Assembly: GCA_051294375.1 (NCBI GenBank)
Contig: CM119269.1
Coordinates: 18,788,607-18,852,606, forward strand
Origin: Paraspadella gotoi
Taxonomy: Eukaryota; Animalia; Chaetognatha
Direction: 5' to 3'
Length of the DNA stretch: 64,000 nt
Part shown: positions 26,421 through 39,400 of the stretch, piece after piece
How positions within the stretch are numbered: the stretch's first letter is position 1
How the letters are laid out: the number at the start of each line of letters is the position of its first letter
Notes under the pieces: generated by a model
The model's database searches: none
What the model saw: the letters and a program-made list of their open reading frames with translations, nothing else
Told to the model about the DNA's origin: nothing
Made by a program: the position numbers and the translations under genes

Positions 26421-26600
26421 ATAGTCATTCGTTTTACTTTAATACTTCAGGTAGCCAATTCCGGTAAACACTTCAATTAACATATTTTGAATTGACCTTT
26501 TTCATGGATGCAATAACAAACAAAACATCAGTTCAATTGAATTTAGAATCATTTTGTAGTTTCTTTCATTTTCGTTGCGTTTGAGATTAGAATGAAAAGT

Positions 26601-26968
26601 TTAATTAATTACTTATTTTCACTATGGAGTATCAGTGCATAAGAAACAAACAATTTTCAATTTTTTGCTTATTTTTCGACTTAATTTCTAATTTCTAAGT
26701 GGCTAAAAAAGACAAAACAAGAAAATGTAATAAATTTAAAAAAAAAGAAAGGTTAACCATAGAGAAAGAGAAAGAGAAAGTGTGTTTAAGTCAAAAGTCA
26801 AATGGACCAAATGACCGAAAACCCAAGAAAGGTTGCCCCCCCCCTCCAATCATGAAAGACTGAGTTCCAGGCGTCCAGGCGAACTCAGTCGAAATATATG
26901 GAATAAAATTGAAATTTTTCTGTTTCTTATGCACTGATACTCCATAGTGAAAATAAGTATTTAATTAA
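26601..26968. mobile_element. MITE-like inverted repeat
   Basis: About 39-bp perfect IR TACTTATTTTCACTATGGAGTATCAGTGCATAAGAAACA (26610-26648 / 26921-26959), flanked by TTAATTAA. Confidence 0.65.
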
Positions 26969-29900
26969 GCATTCTATTAGTGCATGTGATGTCATCAAAG
27001 CAAGGAGAAAAATTTTTTTTAGTGTTTACAAACAACAGTTTTTAAAATAAAATTCGTTGTTTGTAAAGATAAAAAAAAAACCCTTCCCTCCTACGTTTAT
27101 AATCCAATTAAATCTAATTAAAAAAAAAAAATCGCTGATTAAAAAAAAAAGTTCATCTTTGGTTGGTTTGGTTGCCTCGTCTCTTCTTTGCAAATTTATA
27201 ATCAATGTTTCGGAGGGCTTTGTTGTTTTTTTTTTGGTTGTTGTCGTCGTCGACGTTGTTGTTCTCTTGTCGTCGCGTCGTCATCCGCCATCTTCCGCCG
27301 CCAGCGAAAATCCCGCGCTTCATTACCGCCTCTTGTTTTTTTAATCAGGCCTTTTGTTTGACGGAGGAAAGAGGGGGGGAGTGGAGGAGAAGGGCTGGGG
27401 ACAGAGGAAGAAGGAAGAAAATCTGAGGAGAATCTGATAAATTTTGAGGAAAAGAGAGAAAATTAAAGCGTTTCTAAAGGGGAGAAAATGGCTGCCGGAG
27501 TTTGAAAGGATTTCTTGAAAAGATGCTTAATTTAAACAAGTCGACGCCATTCTGCGAATGAAATGTGACGAAAGATTGAAAGGGAAGATAGAAAAGATGG
27601 GGGGGGGGCGTGGCGGAAAAGAAAGTCATTCGAAAAAGGACAACACAAATGGGGCCTTTGTTAAGAGAAAGTTTGGAAGGATTTTAATCCCATCGGAACA
27701 GATAGCTGTTGCGCAGCTGTCTTTTCTGTTCTGTTCTGCTGGCTGGTATCTTCTTCTCTTTCACCCATGATAGATGGGCAAGTTACCTGGCCGTTTATCA
27801 TGTTATTTAAAATATTTTTACATTTCCTGATAGGAAATGATGTCAATATTGTTAATACAATATTTCAAATCAATCGATCCTCGCGTTTAGAAATAATTCA
27901 CATAAAAGGGTCATTTTCCACGCACAATTTTTAAAACAAATTGCGTTCGATAAATTTTCTTTTCGGTTCCACTCAAATTTTTAACTTCCGCCGAGTGACT
28001 TAATTGACAATAAAAAAATTTATTTTTTTAGATATCTTTTGAACCAAAAATGATAGAATGATGGGTCAGGTGTCTAATTAAAGCCCTAATTATTGGGCAT
28101 CTTTTCCATATAATTTTTCTTGAACGTTTCAGAGGATTTTTTTAAATCTGGATCGGAATCTTAGTCAAAAGTATAACAACATTTAAAATTAATTTAAACA
28201 CACTTGGCCAAATTTCAAAAAATAAAAAAATAAAGATTCTGAAAGAGAAAAGTTTGAATATTGTTTGTGATATAAGCGAAATTTTTCTTTGCTTCACACG
28301 TATATGTAAATACTAAGAATAATAAATTATCATTTTGATGAAAAGAAAAAATAAGCAAATTTTATGTAGTAACCATAAAAAATATATTATTTAAATATGA
28401 AAATTAAGGAGTTAAAACTTTGTTTTGGCTAATTTAATAGGGCTAAAAGGCTCTAATATCAGAATTATTAATTTGGTGCGAACAATTTTTATTAAAAAAA
28501 ACCACTGCAGCCTTTCAATAACATGCAAATGAATGTTGCTGTATGGTGAAATTGTTGTTTTCATTTTACCCTATAATACAAGTCTTTTATCAATAAAGAG
28601 GTAAATTACAAAGAAAATAAGGTATTTTAAGGCTCCATATTGATACTATAATATCAATGAATTTTCTTTGTTCCGGCAACGAAATGTACCTAAAACATTG
28701 TAGTTTCATTCATTCATAAAAATTTAAAGGGCATGTTTGGCAAAAACAGTAAGAAACAAAAATGACAACAAATTATGACGTCAATTTCATTTTTTATCTG
28801 CTTGAAAGACAGCCTAAACCCAACAGAATCAAAATCAGAACAAGACCACTGCAAATATATTTGACTTCAACAGTAAAAACCGCAAAATATAAAAAAATTA
28901 AAAAGAAATCCTATTGAAAGCCGTGTTTTCTTTTTAGTATTTTTTGGACAAGACCTTTATGTATTTTTTTTGTTCCGGCTGAGTTGGATAGCTCAAACTC
29001 TGTATTTTCGAAAACTATCCATGCTTTTGAAATATTTTCTGCGCTACTGGTACAAAAATTGCTAGGAACCAAAGTTATCGAAAACCGGTTCGTTCTTTCT
29101 TTGTGGATAATGCGCTAAGTGGGGCTGAAGAGTCCTATCCGCAACATCTTTCTCTAGCAGCCATGGAACGGGTCCTGGGCTTGGAACCAAGCTTGAGGGT
29201 TTTCCACGCTCCCAAGGGTGGGTACCGGGTTGGGATTGAACCCAGTACCTAGTGGTAATGAGGTGAACCTAGGCAATGCCCGACTACATATTTACCCATG
29301 TCATGGATTCGACTTCGAGATTTTATTACCTAAAACGAAACAAAACGAATCAATTCATTTAGAAAATAAATCTTTCTGATTTTATCATCGAAAAAAAAAA
29401 ACTTGCTGCGGTATTATTTCATACCCCGCTACTCTTCCAAGAATCAGCATCATCCGAAAACGGAGCATTTCAAACTAAATTTTCAAAATTCCAATTTCTT
29501 TCGCCGTTTTTTCCCCCGTGATTCGACGCCATCTTTTGTCCTCGTCACGATCGCGTTCTTTTTTTTTTCTGGCGACCGGAAGTCGCTGCCAGGATAGCAA
29601 GATTCAAATTTTCAGTTCCAGTCAGAAAAAAGGAATTCATCTCTTCCCACCTTTTCTCAATCCCCAAAAACCCCGTGGGTGTCACCTGTTACAGTTTTCA
29701 GCGGTGCACGACCCAATGTCTAAGTCGAGTAGCTGTCGGTTCTTCGTTTCTCTTCTGAAGGACGCTTGCAGGTCTCATGGTGAGCAAAGTCGACCTTCGA
29801 CGCTTTCGTCGACGGTACAATTTGTTGGGGACCCGAATTTTTTTTCGGTTTCACAATTTTCGACTGCGGGTTCAGCATTTAACATTTAACATTCAACATT

Positions 29901-30630
29901 TACGAAAAATTTCGATCTTCTTCAGGACTGTCTCAGGCGGGTGTTGTTCTGTGTCTAACGGAGGGATAAGGGTGCGGCGTTAACTTGACGGTCAACCTTA
30001 GTTACTCAATAGTAACAAATGCAAATGAAGATCGAGGATCGAAATATCAAGAAATTGAAATTGAAATTGAAGAAGCTGCGTCGTCGATCGAACGAAACTC
30101 CAACATCAAAGGATCTGCTGTAACCAGTGAATACAATAAAAACAACAACATTGATCGGTGAAAGCGACGGCGAACGTGTGAACGCATCGTGATTTTACAT
30201 GAGAAAATCTTCAACTGTGATGCGGCTGTTGTTGTTGTTGTAGTGGAAGGGATTGGCATAAACAGTTTTATCTCAAAGGTGAACTGTAGAAATTAACTAA
30301 TATAAGGCGGAATTTGAAGTAATGAAAATTAGTTTGTGTTTATTTGAATCCAGGGATCTACTATATTTAGTGGTTTACTAACCAAGGTTAGATATTATTT
30401 TGCCACAGTGGAATGAGATTTCATTTAAGACTTGTCGAGGCGAACCACTATTGCCAGGCACGCCAAAACTTAACCGATGTTGTCAGCTTGTGCCCCGGCG
30501 CCATTACACGTCGTTGCACGCAGAGAGAGAGAGAGAGAGAGAGACGCCCCCGCACGCCGTCGCACGCTCCGCTTTCTGCTTGGGGGCAATCTTCTAATTT
30601 GCATAAAGAAATGTGAAAAGAAAGCGTCCG

Positions 30631-30704
<74 letters not shown>

Positions 30705-31079
30705 CTCGCTTTCTCTCGCTCTCGCTTTCTCACTCTTTCTATCTTTATATGTTTATGTCTCATTTTCTTTCCATTATATTTTTTCTCTCGAGATTCACGT
30801 AGCGTTTTTAATCTGATCTTTTCTTCCGCTTTTCGTCGCTGTCTTTGCCTCTTTCCTTCTGTTTCTGTTTGTCTATCTACGTATAGTATATCTTTTGTAT
30901 CTGTATTTCTATTTGTCTGTAGGTTCATCTGTCTGTATTTTTCCTCAAGTTTTCTTCCAACCGGATCGAAGACGCATTGTATTGACGTCAGCGTAGGATG
31001 AATTATAATTAACCAGCGACAATTTCTCAGAAAAAAAAAAACATGGAATGAAGTTATAAATCTTCAGAGAGAGAGAGAG

Positions 31080-31111
<32 letters not shown>

Positions 31112-32371
31112 AGAGAAAAAAAAAATTTAATGAAAACTTTCTCAAAAGCGAAGACAATGGGCCGTTGGGTCTTGCAATCGAGTGACTAATTAACCGATTT
31201 CTATGTTTAATTTTGTTACTAAGATTCTCTACGTGTACTAATATCCTTTTTTTTCTAAATAGGCTAATGACTAGTAGCTATTGAGGGAAATACAACGAAT
31301 GAGAGCATCGTCATGGCGACCGAGAGAAACCGAGAGGGAAACCCATGTCTCTTCATTTTTCTTCGATGAGATTTTCAATTTCCCCCGCGTCGCCTCTGAA
31401 CGATCGATTGTAGTACTACCGACATTGAAGATAAACAATTACGATGACATGGTCAATGGTCACGGACCATCAATGAGTTGATGACGAAGACGAAAAATAC
31501 AATTTAAGATGAAGACGACGACGATGATGACGACGACGTTGATGATGACGTCGAAGACCATTGTATCAGGCGTCGACAACAAAACCAAAACGACCGAGGA
31601 GCGAGACGACGCAATCAAAGTAGCGGCGCTTAAAACCGAAAGTTGCGGCGCTCCAGACCCAAAGTTTGCCACTCCTGTTGCCGATAATTGCCACGCCCAA
31701 AGACTGAAAAATGGGGACGTGGAGACTGCGATGGCCGATGACGAGAATGTGATCCGCTCTCCGCGAACTATCGCCTCGTCAATTATTTAGTAGATGTCTC
31801 ATGAATCGGGGAAAACGACGGCGACGAAAGGCGGTATTGTGTATTGCGTCCACACTTCACGCTCTACACTCCGCAGTATCGACATTAACAAATCCAAGTT
31901 GCTCCTCAATACAATTTTTACATGACAAAGATCGGACTCCCCAAATCGCAGCGGGAAGTGGAGGAACCCGGAATTTCGTGGTGAGGGTTTCTCGTGGCTG
32001 CAACAACATTGTTCCTAATTTGTTTTCATTTTCTTTCCTTATTCTCTGGGGGCCCATCTAATCCTCGGCCGGTCTTTTCCCTTCTTTTTTTTTCTCCCCT
32101 CGCTCCTTCTTTTCTTCCAACTTTTCTCACTTTCTTTTTTTATCTTCCTTTCTCTCTTCTCCTTTTCCTATCTTTTCTTATTTTTTTCTTCCAACTTCTC
32201 TTCCTTTAATTTCACATTTTTTTCCTTCCACTTTCGCTTTTGTATTGAATTTTTAAGCCTTTTGGCTCCTTATGTTTTTCTTTGTTCATTCAGTCTATTT
32301 TCTCCGGTTCTTCTCTTTTCTACCTTCCAGTTTCCTTCATTTCCTTCTTTTCCCATGAAGAAAGCCATTAA

Positions 32372-32411
<40 letters not shown>

Positions 32412-32686
32412 CTCCTCGTCTTCTCTCTTCTCTCTCATCTCCTCTCTCTTCGTTTCTCTCTCTCTCTCTTATCAAATTTTGTTTCGATCCTTATCTTTTA
32501 CGGAGTACGTCATTGACCACAAAATGGTTTCATGCCGAATATAAATTGAAAATTCAGAGTTGATATATTTTAATTTAATTGAATACGTAGAATACATAAA
32601 ATAAAAGAAAGAGAGAAGAAATCAAATCAAGAAAAATACAGCCAAAAGGAAAGAAAGAAAGAAAGAAAGAAAGAAAGAAGAAAGAC

Positions 32687-32722
<36 letters not shown>

Positions 32723-32750
32723 CAATAAGAACAAGAACGGTTATTCCAAT

Positions 32751-33067
32751 GTGTTGCGCCGCAGTGACTTTATTTTAACGTGTATTTCCCTTTGATCGCA
32801 TTATATGACATGACATGACATGATTAAAAAACTTTCTTCGCTCGTATTTATTCCTTATAGTTTTAGGAATTCCTGAAGGCGGGAAGTCCCTTTGATTTGA
32901 GGTTTTTTCTGTCATAACAAACGAGCTATCAACTATAGGCAAATTATATGCATTTTTAACGTAAGTGGGACAGACCAACAGACAGACATACCGACTGACA
33001 GACCGACCGACCGAAAAGTGACTAGAGTTAAGTTGAGTTGCTCCGCTAGTAATCGCGGCGCAACTGA
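32751..33067 (-). mobile_element. Small HINE-like element of a different family
   Basis: subTIRs GTTGCGCCGC (32753) / GCGGCGCAAC (about 33056), an adjacent IR and (GACA/GACC)n microsatellite at 32970-33013. Confidence 0.45.
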
Positions 33068-33491
33068 AACGAAAGAAACCTAAAACAACATTAAAATAAA
33101 AAATGTTTCAAATTAAATAAAGGAAAAAAAAAAACCCGACATCGCCCAGAAACTTGATTTCATTTTCCAAACGTTCGTCGCCGTAGTTGTCGTCGTAGTT
33201 GTCGCCGTCGTCATTTTTTTTGGGGGCAATCGGCAGGAAAGGCGAAAAAATCTCAATAGTTGCAATGGTTACGGTCTTCGCCTTGGGCGTCGTTGCCGTC
33301 AACAATCGACGTTGCATTTGGAAGAAATTGTAGTCGATCGTCGTCTGGGTTTTCGTCTCAGTTTTCGTCGTCATCAAAACAATAGTTTAGACCAATAATC
33401 TTTGTCACATATATGTGATATTAGATAAACAAGACTTGACCGTCTTTGACTCTCTACATTCCCAAGTTTTTTTGTCGTGGTCGTCGTCGTG

Positions 33492-33523
<32 letters not shown>

Positions 33524-33621
33524 TTTGGCATCACCATTATCGTTCGTCGCTGCATCGATTCGTTGGAAGGCGTTGTAGAAATCGCCCATTGAAAGGAAGA
33601 CGGGAATACTGACTTGTTTGC

Positions 33622-33706
<85 letters not shown>

Positions 33707-35462
33707 CTCGTCATTTCGGTTTCGCCTAAAAAATTCGGGTGAACGTACTCTTCAAGGTCTGGGACATTGGACAACGACCCAAAACGTAGACGACTACACC
33801 TAGAATAACGACTGTATAGGACAAGGACATATCAATCATATGATAAAACGACATTAGTTTTCATTACAATATTCTCATATTTTCAGTTGCTGAGCGGAAG
33901 AGGATTTTTTTAGAAATTAAGGTTTCGATTAACAATTATATTAACAAGTGTATTCAAATAACGTAGTATAAAAACCTACTTACGGTTCAATTTTCATCGT
34001 CGTCGTCGTCGTCGTCGTCGTCGTCCATAAACTCTAAACTTAAAATCCGGGTCTTTGATCTTTTCTCCATCGCCCCTCCCTCATGCCCCTTACTCTAGAA
34101 AAAGAAAATTAAAAAAAAAAACTTAACGGAACTCATGACGCAAGGACCACGCATGCGCGTTCCCCGTCAGATCGATTGACGCAACTTCTCGTTGAAGAGG
34201 AACCGAATGAACGGTTCGTTGTCCGTCGAATCGCGAAAATGTGTCGACAAAAGGGAATCGCCCTCAACTTGTAGGCGAACAAAAAAATGAGAAATGATAT
34301 GAGAAATGATATGAGGATTTCACTTTTCTAATTAAATTAATTATTAAACGAATGCTGTCCCACTCAATTTAATTTTCCCGCGTAGTCGAAGTCGCTGATC
34401 AAAATTCGAATTGTACATCGCGAACAATCTTGTACTAATGAACATTTACGTATTTATAATAAAATTATATTTTTAATTTTAAAATTTTTCGCATTTGGCC
34501 ATAGGTGCCCTTTTTACTTCTTAAATTATTTTATTTCAAATTTGTTCTTTCTTAGTTTGAAAAGAAGAAATATCTAAATTCCTCATAAAAAGTTGATAGG
34601 TGAAAATTAACAAAAAAGATTTTGAAGTACTATGCAGTAAGGCGGGCCAAAATTGATCACTTTTTATCATTAAGAGTTCTGTAATATAAAATTCATTAGT
34701 CCATCATATACTTAATCAATATTTACTATCACTTTTTTAACTAGTGAAGCACAGTATAACATTAAAGCATTTAAATATTTATCAATACATAGGCAATGAA
34801 AAATTAAAAAAAAAAAAATTTTTAAGAACGGATTCAGATAGCCCATAAAAAGTTGTCTACACAAAGTATAACGCGTTTTTCAATAATTCGATGATAAGTG
34901 GGTCAAATAATGGAAAAACTTTTTAAAATCATCATTATCAATATCATCATCATCATTGTACCATAATTTTTATAGTTTTGTTAATTTTAACCAATAAAAC
35001 ATAAAAAATTGGAAATCTTGTAGTAATATTTTTTATTTACTTTTTCAATCTCTGCCCGATAAACTTTAAATGCTTCTATGTAGTATGTTATTAACTATAT
35101 ATAAAATCTTATTTTTTTAAAAAATTTCATCATCCCACAGGGATGCTCTAACGTTATTTATATTACAGAACTCTTAGTTATTACTTTGTTCCGCCTTACT
35201 ATGCAGTCCTATCCAAAAAAAAAGCATAGTATTAAAGCGTTGATAGGTACAAGGCTTCTCAAGTGTTCACGATTCATTATTCACATTTTAATTAGGATTG
35301 GGATTGCTTTTAATTTTTTTACTAGGCCGCCCTGTTTTCCTGTTCACCGCTACCACCCTTTGTATCTCCCTCTCCCGATTCGCCCTTTCCCCTCTGAGAA
35401 GTGAAACGGACTCGGACGCCTCCGCGATCGGGGCGGAAACCATTTCGCCACCGAAACGGGCT

Positions 35463-35505
<43 letters not shown>

Positions 35506-35619
35506 GTTCGCTTTTTGATTTGGGATCGTCTTCTCCTTTAACGTCTTACGTCGTTTTTCCCGTCGGTGTAATCGATGGGCGTCGTCGCATTGAGAGAGAG
35601 AGAGAGAGAGAGAGGAATG

Positions 35620-35756
35620 GCGGAGTTCGACGGTTGGTGTCATGGGCGTTGTCGTTCGTTTAAAAGAGGGGCCGCCGACTTACCCGAGGCAGAGACGAGA
35701 AAACTTACCTTCGACGCTTCGCTTCGCGTCGATAAAATAATAGTAAAAAAAATCAG
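35620..35756 (+). promoter_or_regulatory. Putative core promoter and non-coding first exon of paralogue A
   Basis: TTTAAAA-GAGGGGCCG...GAGGCAGAGACG...TCGACGCTTCGCTTCGCGTCGA followed by donor CAG|GTGAGT. Clearly homologous to 51770-51897 upstream of paralogue B. Confidence 0.55.
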
Positions 35757-36069
35757 GTGAGTTGCATAAAATCGGAGATGAAATATCGAACAAAACTTAA
35801 TATAATTTTCAATTATTATACAATTATCCTTCATTTATTTATATACATAATAATTATATGAGTTTTGAAAATCTGTTATGCGCTTGGGAACTCTCTTAGC
35901 AAGTGGAAACATAGTTTTTACACTCAAGTAAAAAACTTTGCAATTGATATAAACAAACAAACAAAAAAAACACAAAAAAAAAAAAAAGAAACAAAAAAAA
36001 AAAAAACAAACTTGGTCGCATTTTCTTGAAAATAATACTAAAACTTTGTTGCTTGGATATTCCTAATTC

Positions 36070-36079
36070 NNNNNNNNNN
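36070..36079. other. Assembly gap (10 N)
   Basis: Run of N. Confidence 1.
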
Positions 36080-36235
36080 AGAGAGAGAGAGAGATGAAAA
36101 GATATATGCAGAAATGGGGGAAAAAGGAAGAAAGTCGACAAATAGGAAGAGGAATCATAGTGAGTGTGGGAAGGGTAACTGAGGTGGGAGAACTGTATTC
36201 GATTCTCAACAGCTGTCAACTTATTTCTATTTCAG

Positions 36236-36426
36236 CCGCGCCACACAATTTTAACCACAACCATCAGGTAAATTGACCACTTTCATATTAATTATCTTAA
36301 TCATAATAATCATCGAAACGTAGCTCTTCAAAAATGATTTTGTGGCAAATAATGATTATAATAATGCCACAATTTACAAATTTATAAATGTGAAAATTTA
36401 AGTTTGAAATTTAAGATTTTGTGGCA

Positions 36427-36459
<33 letters not shown>

Positions 36460-39400
36460 TCCACAATTTACAAGTTTATATATGTTAAAATGTAAGTTCT
36501 TAAATTTTGTTTCGATATCCGATAATTGCTTTGAAAAGTTTTACGAATGCGATTGTTGTATGGTTGTCCTATTCATATATTTATATATTATTTTACTGGA
36601 TTCGATTTTTTTCTTAATTCTGACCTTTTCTTTAAAATTTTCTTTCCGCCCAGCATTTCTTGGATCGCAGAGATCTGGAGGAGCGAGGAGAGAAACTTTG
36701 CAAGAAATGTCCGGTTGTTCTCAACCACCTGACGTGCAGCACGGGCTACAAAGCCATCTACGGCCCTTTGCAGAAAGACTGCCGCTGCGTCAAAGCTTAC
36801 AAGTGTTGTGAAAAGTGCAAAGCGCTCACAGAGAAAGACAAGAAAAAGTGTAAACCTGGTAGGTGTCTCTGGTTTCGAATTAGTATTACAAAATAATGTA
36901 TAAGTTTTTAAATTTCGAGTGTGATTTTTTATGCACCGTTTTATATTCTTATATTTAATATAACTATTTCACAATTTTTTTTTTTATTAGGTAAATATAT
37001 TCCAAAAAGAATCCACGATTGTTGTGGATGCGAACAGATCGTGTGCAAACCTTGTCCGGAGTTCCTTCTACCTGGTCCAGGAAGTAAGTAAGACAAACGG
37101 GGCAATAAGTCAGGGGCAAGATAGCTTATTTATTTAAAAAAATGGATCATTTTTATTTTTGTTTGTACAAATTTCATATTCCCCTCTTTCCATTCCTCCA
37201 ACTTTCTCACCCCGGCCCTTGCCCCCTTCTCCAGAGGATGTCCCTGTAGACTTCGAAAACGCAACAAAACTTACCACCAACGACAAAGTAAACAAACCAA
37301 AACCCGAAGATGTTTTCAATAACGACAAACCATTCAAGATTAAGCCTGGAAAAGCCGTCATCGCCAAGCTCGACCTGCCAGTGCACGTAAGCAAAGTCAC
37401 CATCACTGGTCCAGAAGATCCGAAAAAAGCCCCAAACAAGTTTACCCTCCTCGTGTCTAAAGACAAGAAGTGCACAAAATGGGTCAAGATTGTCATGCGA
37501 GTGAGAAACTTTGATAAACCAAACCAGAAAAAATCTTTTTCCATTCCGAACATGAGGCGGAGAACCAGTTGGTGTGTCGCGCTGAAAATCGACAAGAAGC
37601 CCAAGACTACGCCTTCGCCCCCAACCACTACGGCTCCCCCCACCACTATGGCTCCTCCAACCACCATGCCCCCACCTACAACCGAACAACCCACTTCACC
37701 CGGTGCAACTGGAGGAAGCCCAAATACAGCACCCTCCCAACCTACGGGCCCACCAAGCGTTACTACCCCTCAGGCAACTACTACCACCACGCTTGGGAAA
37801 CCTGGTGAACCAGGCGGAAATGGTGGACCAGGTGGACCGGGGGGTCCAGGAGGACCTGGAGGCCCTGGCGGACCGGGTGGACCAACCACCACTTCTGGAC
37901 CTACAACAACTACAACCACAAATTTGCCAGGTAAACCAGGTGGACCGGGTGGACCACTCGGAAATGGAGGGCCAGGTGGACCTGGAGGGCCAGGTGGACC
38001 TGGAGGTCCTGGGGGTCCTGCAGGGCCTGGAGGACCGGGTGGACCTGGAGGACCAACTACCACTCCTGGACCTACTACAACTACTTCTACTAATATACCT
38101 GGTAAACCAGGTGGGCCTGGTGGTCCACTTGGCAATGCTGGACCAGGAGGACCGGGAGGACCAGGAGGACCTGGAGGACCTGGTGGACCTGCTGGACCTG
38201 GAGGACCGGGTGGACCTGGAGGACCACTACCACTCCTGGACCTACTACAACTACTTCTACTAATAAAGCTGGTGAACCAGGTGGTCCTGGTGGTCCACTT
38301 GGAAATGGAGGACCAGGAGGACCGGAGGACCAGGCGGCCTGGAGGACCTGGAGGACCTGCTGGCCTGGAGGACCGGTGGACCTGGAGGACCAACTACCAC
38401 TCCTGGACCTACTACAACACTTCTACTAATATAACCTGGTAACCAGGTGGGCCTGGTGGTCCACTTGGGAAATGAGGACCAGGAGGACGCGGAGGACCAG
38501 GTGGACCTGGAGGACCTGGAGGACCTGCTGGACCTGGAGGACCGGGTGGACCTGGAGGACCAACTACCACTCCTGGACCTACTACAACTACTTCTACTAA
38601 TAAAGCTGGTGAACCAGGTGGGCCTGGTGGTCCACTTGGAAATGGAGGACCAGGAGGACCGGGAGGACCAGGTGGTCCTGGAGGACCTGGAGGACCTGCT
38701 GGACCTGGAGGACCGGGTGGACCTGGAGGACAACTACCACTCCTGGACCTACTACAACCACTTCTACTAATATACTGGTCAACCAGGTGGGCCTGGTGGT
38801 CCACTTGAAAAATGGGGACAGGAGGACCGGGAGACGCAGGTGGACCTGGAGGACCAGGTGGGCCTGGTGGCCCTGGAGGACCAGGAGGCCCAGGCGGACC
38901 ATACACTACGGTTAAACCTGAAAAAACTACTACCCCAAATGGACCACCTGGAAAAACAACTACCCCAAATGGACCACCTGGAAGTGTTACTATCATACCT
39001 GTTCCAACTACAACTAAAAAGCCTGGCACCCCTGGAGGACCTGGCGGACCTGGAGGCCCTGGAGGACCAAATGGACCTGGAGGACCTGGTGGTCCTGGCG
39101 GACCGGGTGGACCTGGAGGACCAACTACCACTCCTGGATCTACTACAACTACTTCTACTAATATACCTGGTCAACCAGGTGGTCCTGGTGGTCCACTTGG
39201 AAATGGAGGACCAGGAGGACCTGGAGGACCAGGCGGACCTGGAGGACCTGGAGGACCTGGAGGACCGGGTGGACCTGGAGGACCAACTACCACTCCTGGA
39301 CCTACTACAACTACTTCTACTAATAAAGCTGGTGAACCAGGTGGGCCTGGTGGTCCACTTGGAAATGGAGGACCAGGAGGACCGGGAGGACCAGGCGGAC

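Noticed and set aside
31281-32061. Possible coding exon(s) in a GC-richer intergenic patch
   Set aside because: No recognisable protein motif in the listed frames and no convincing splice pairs; cannot be supported.
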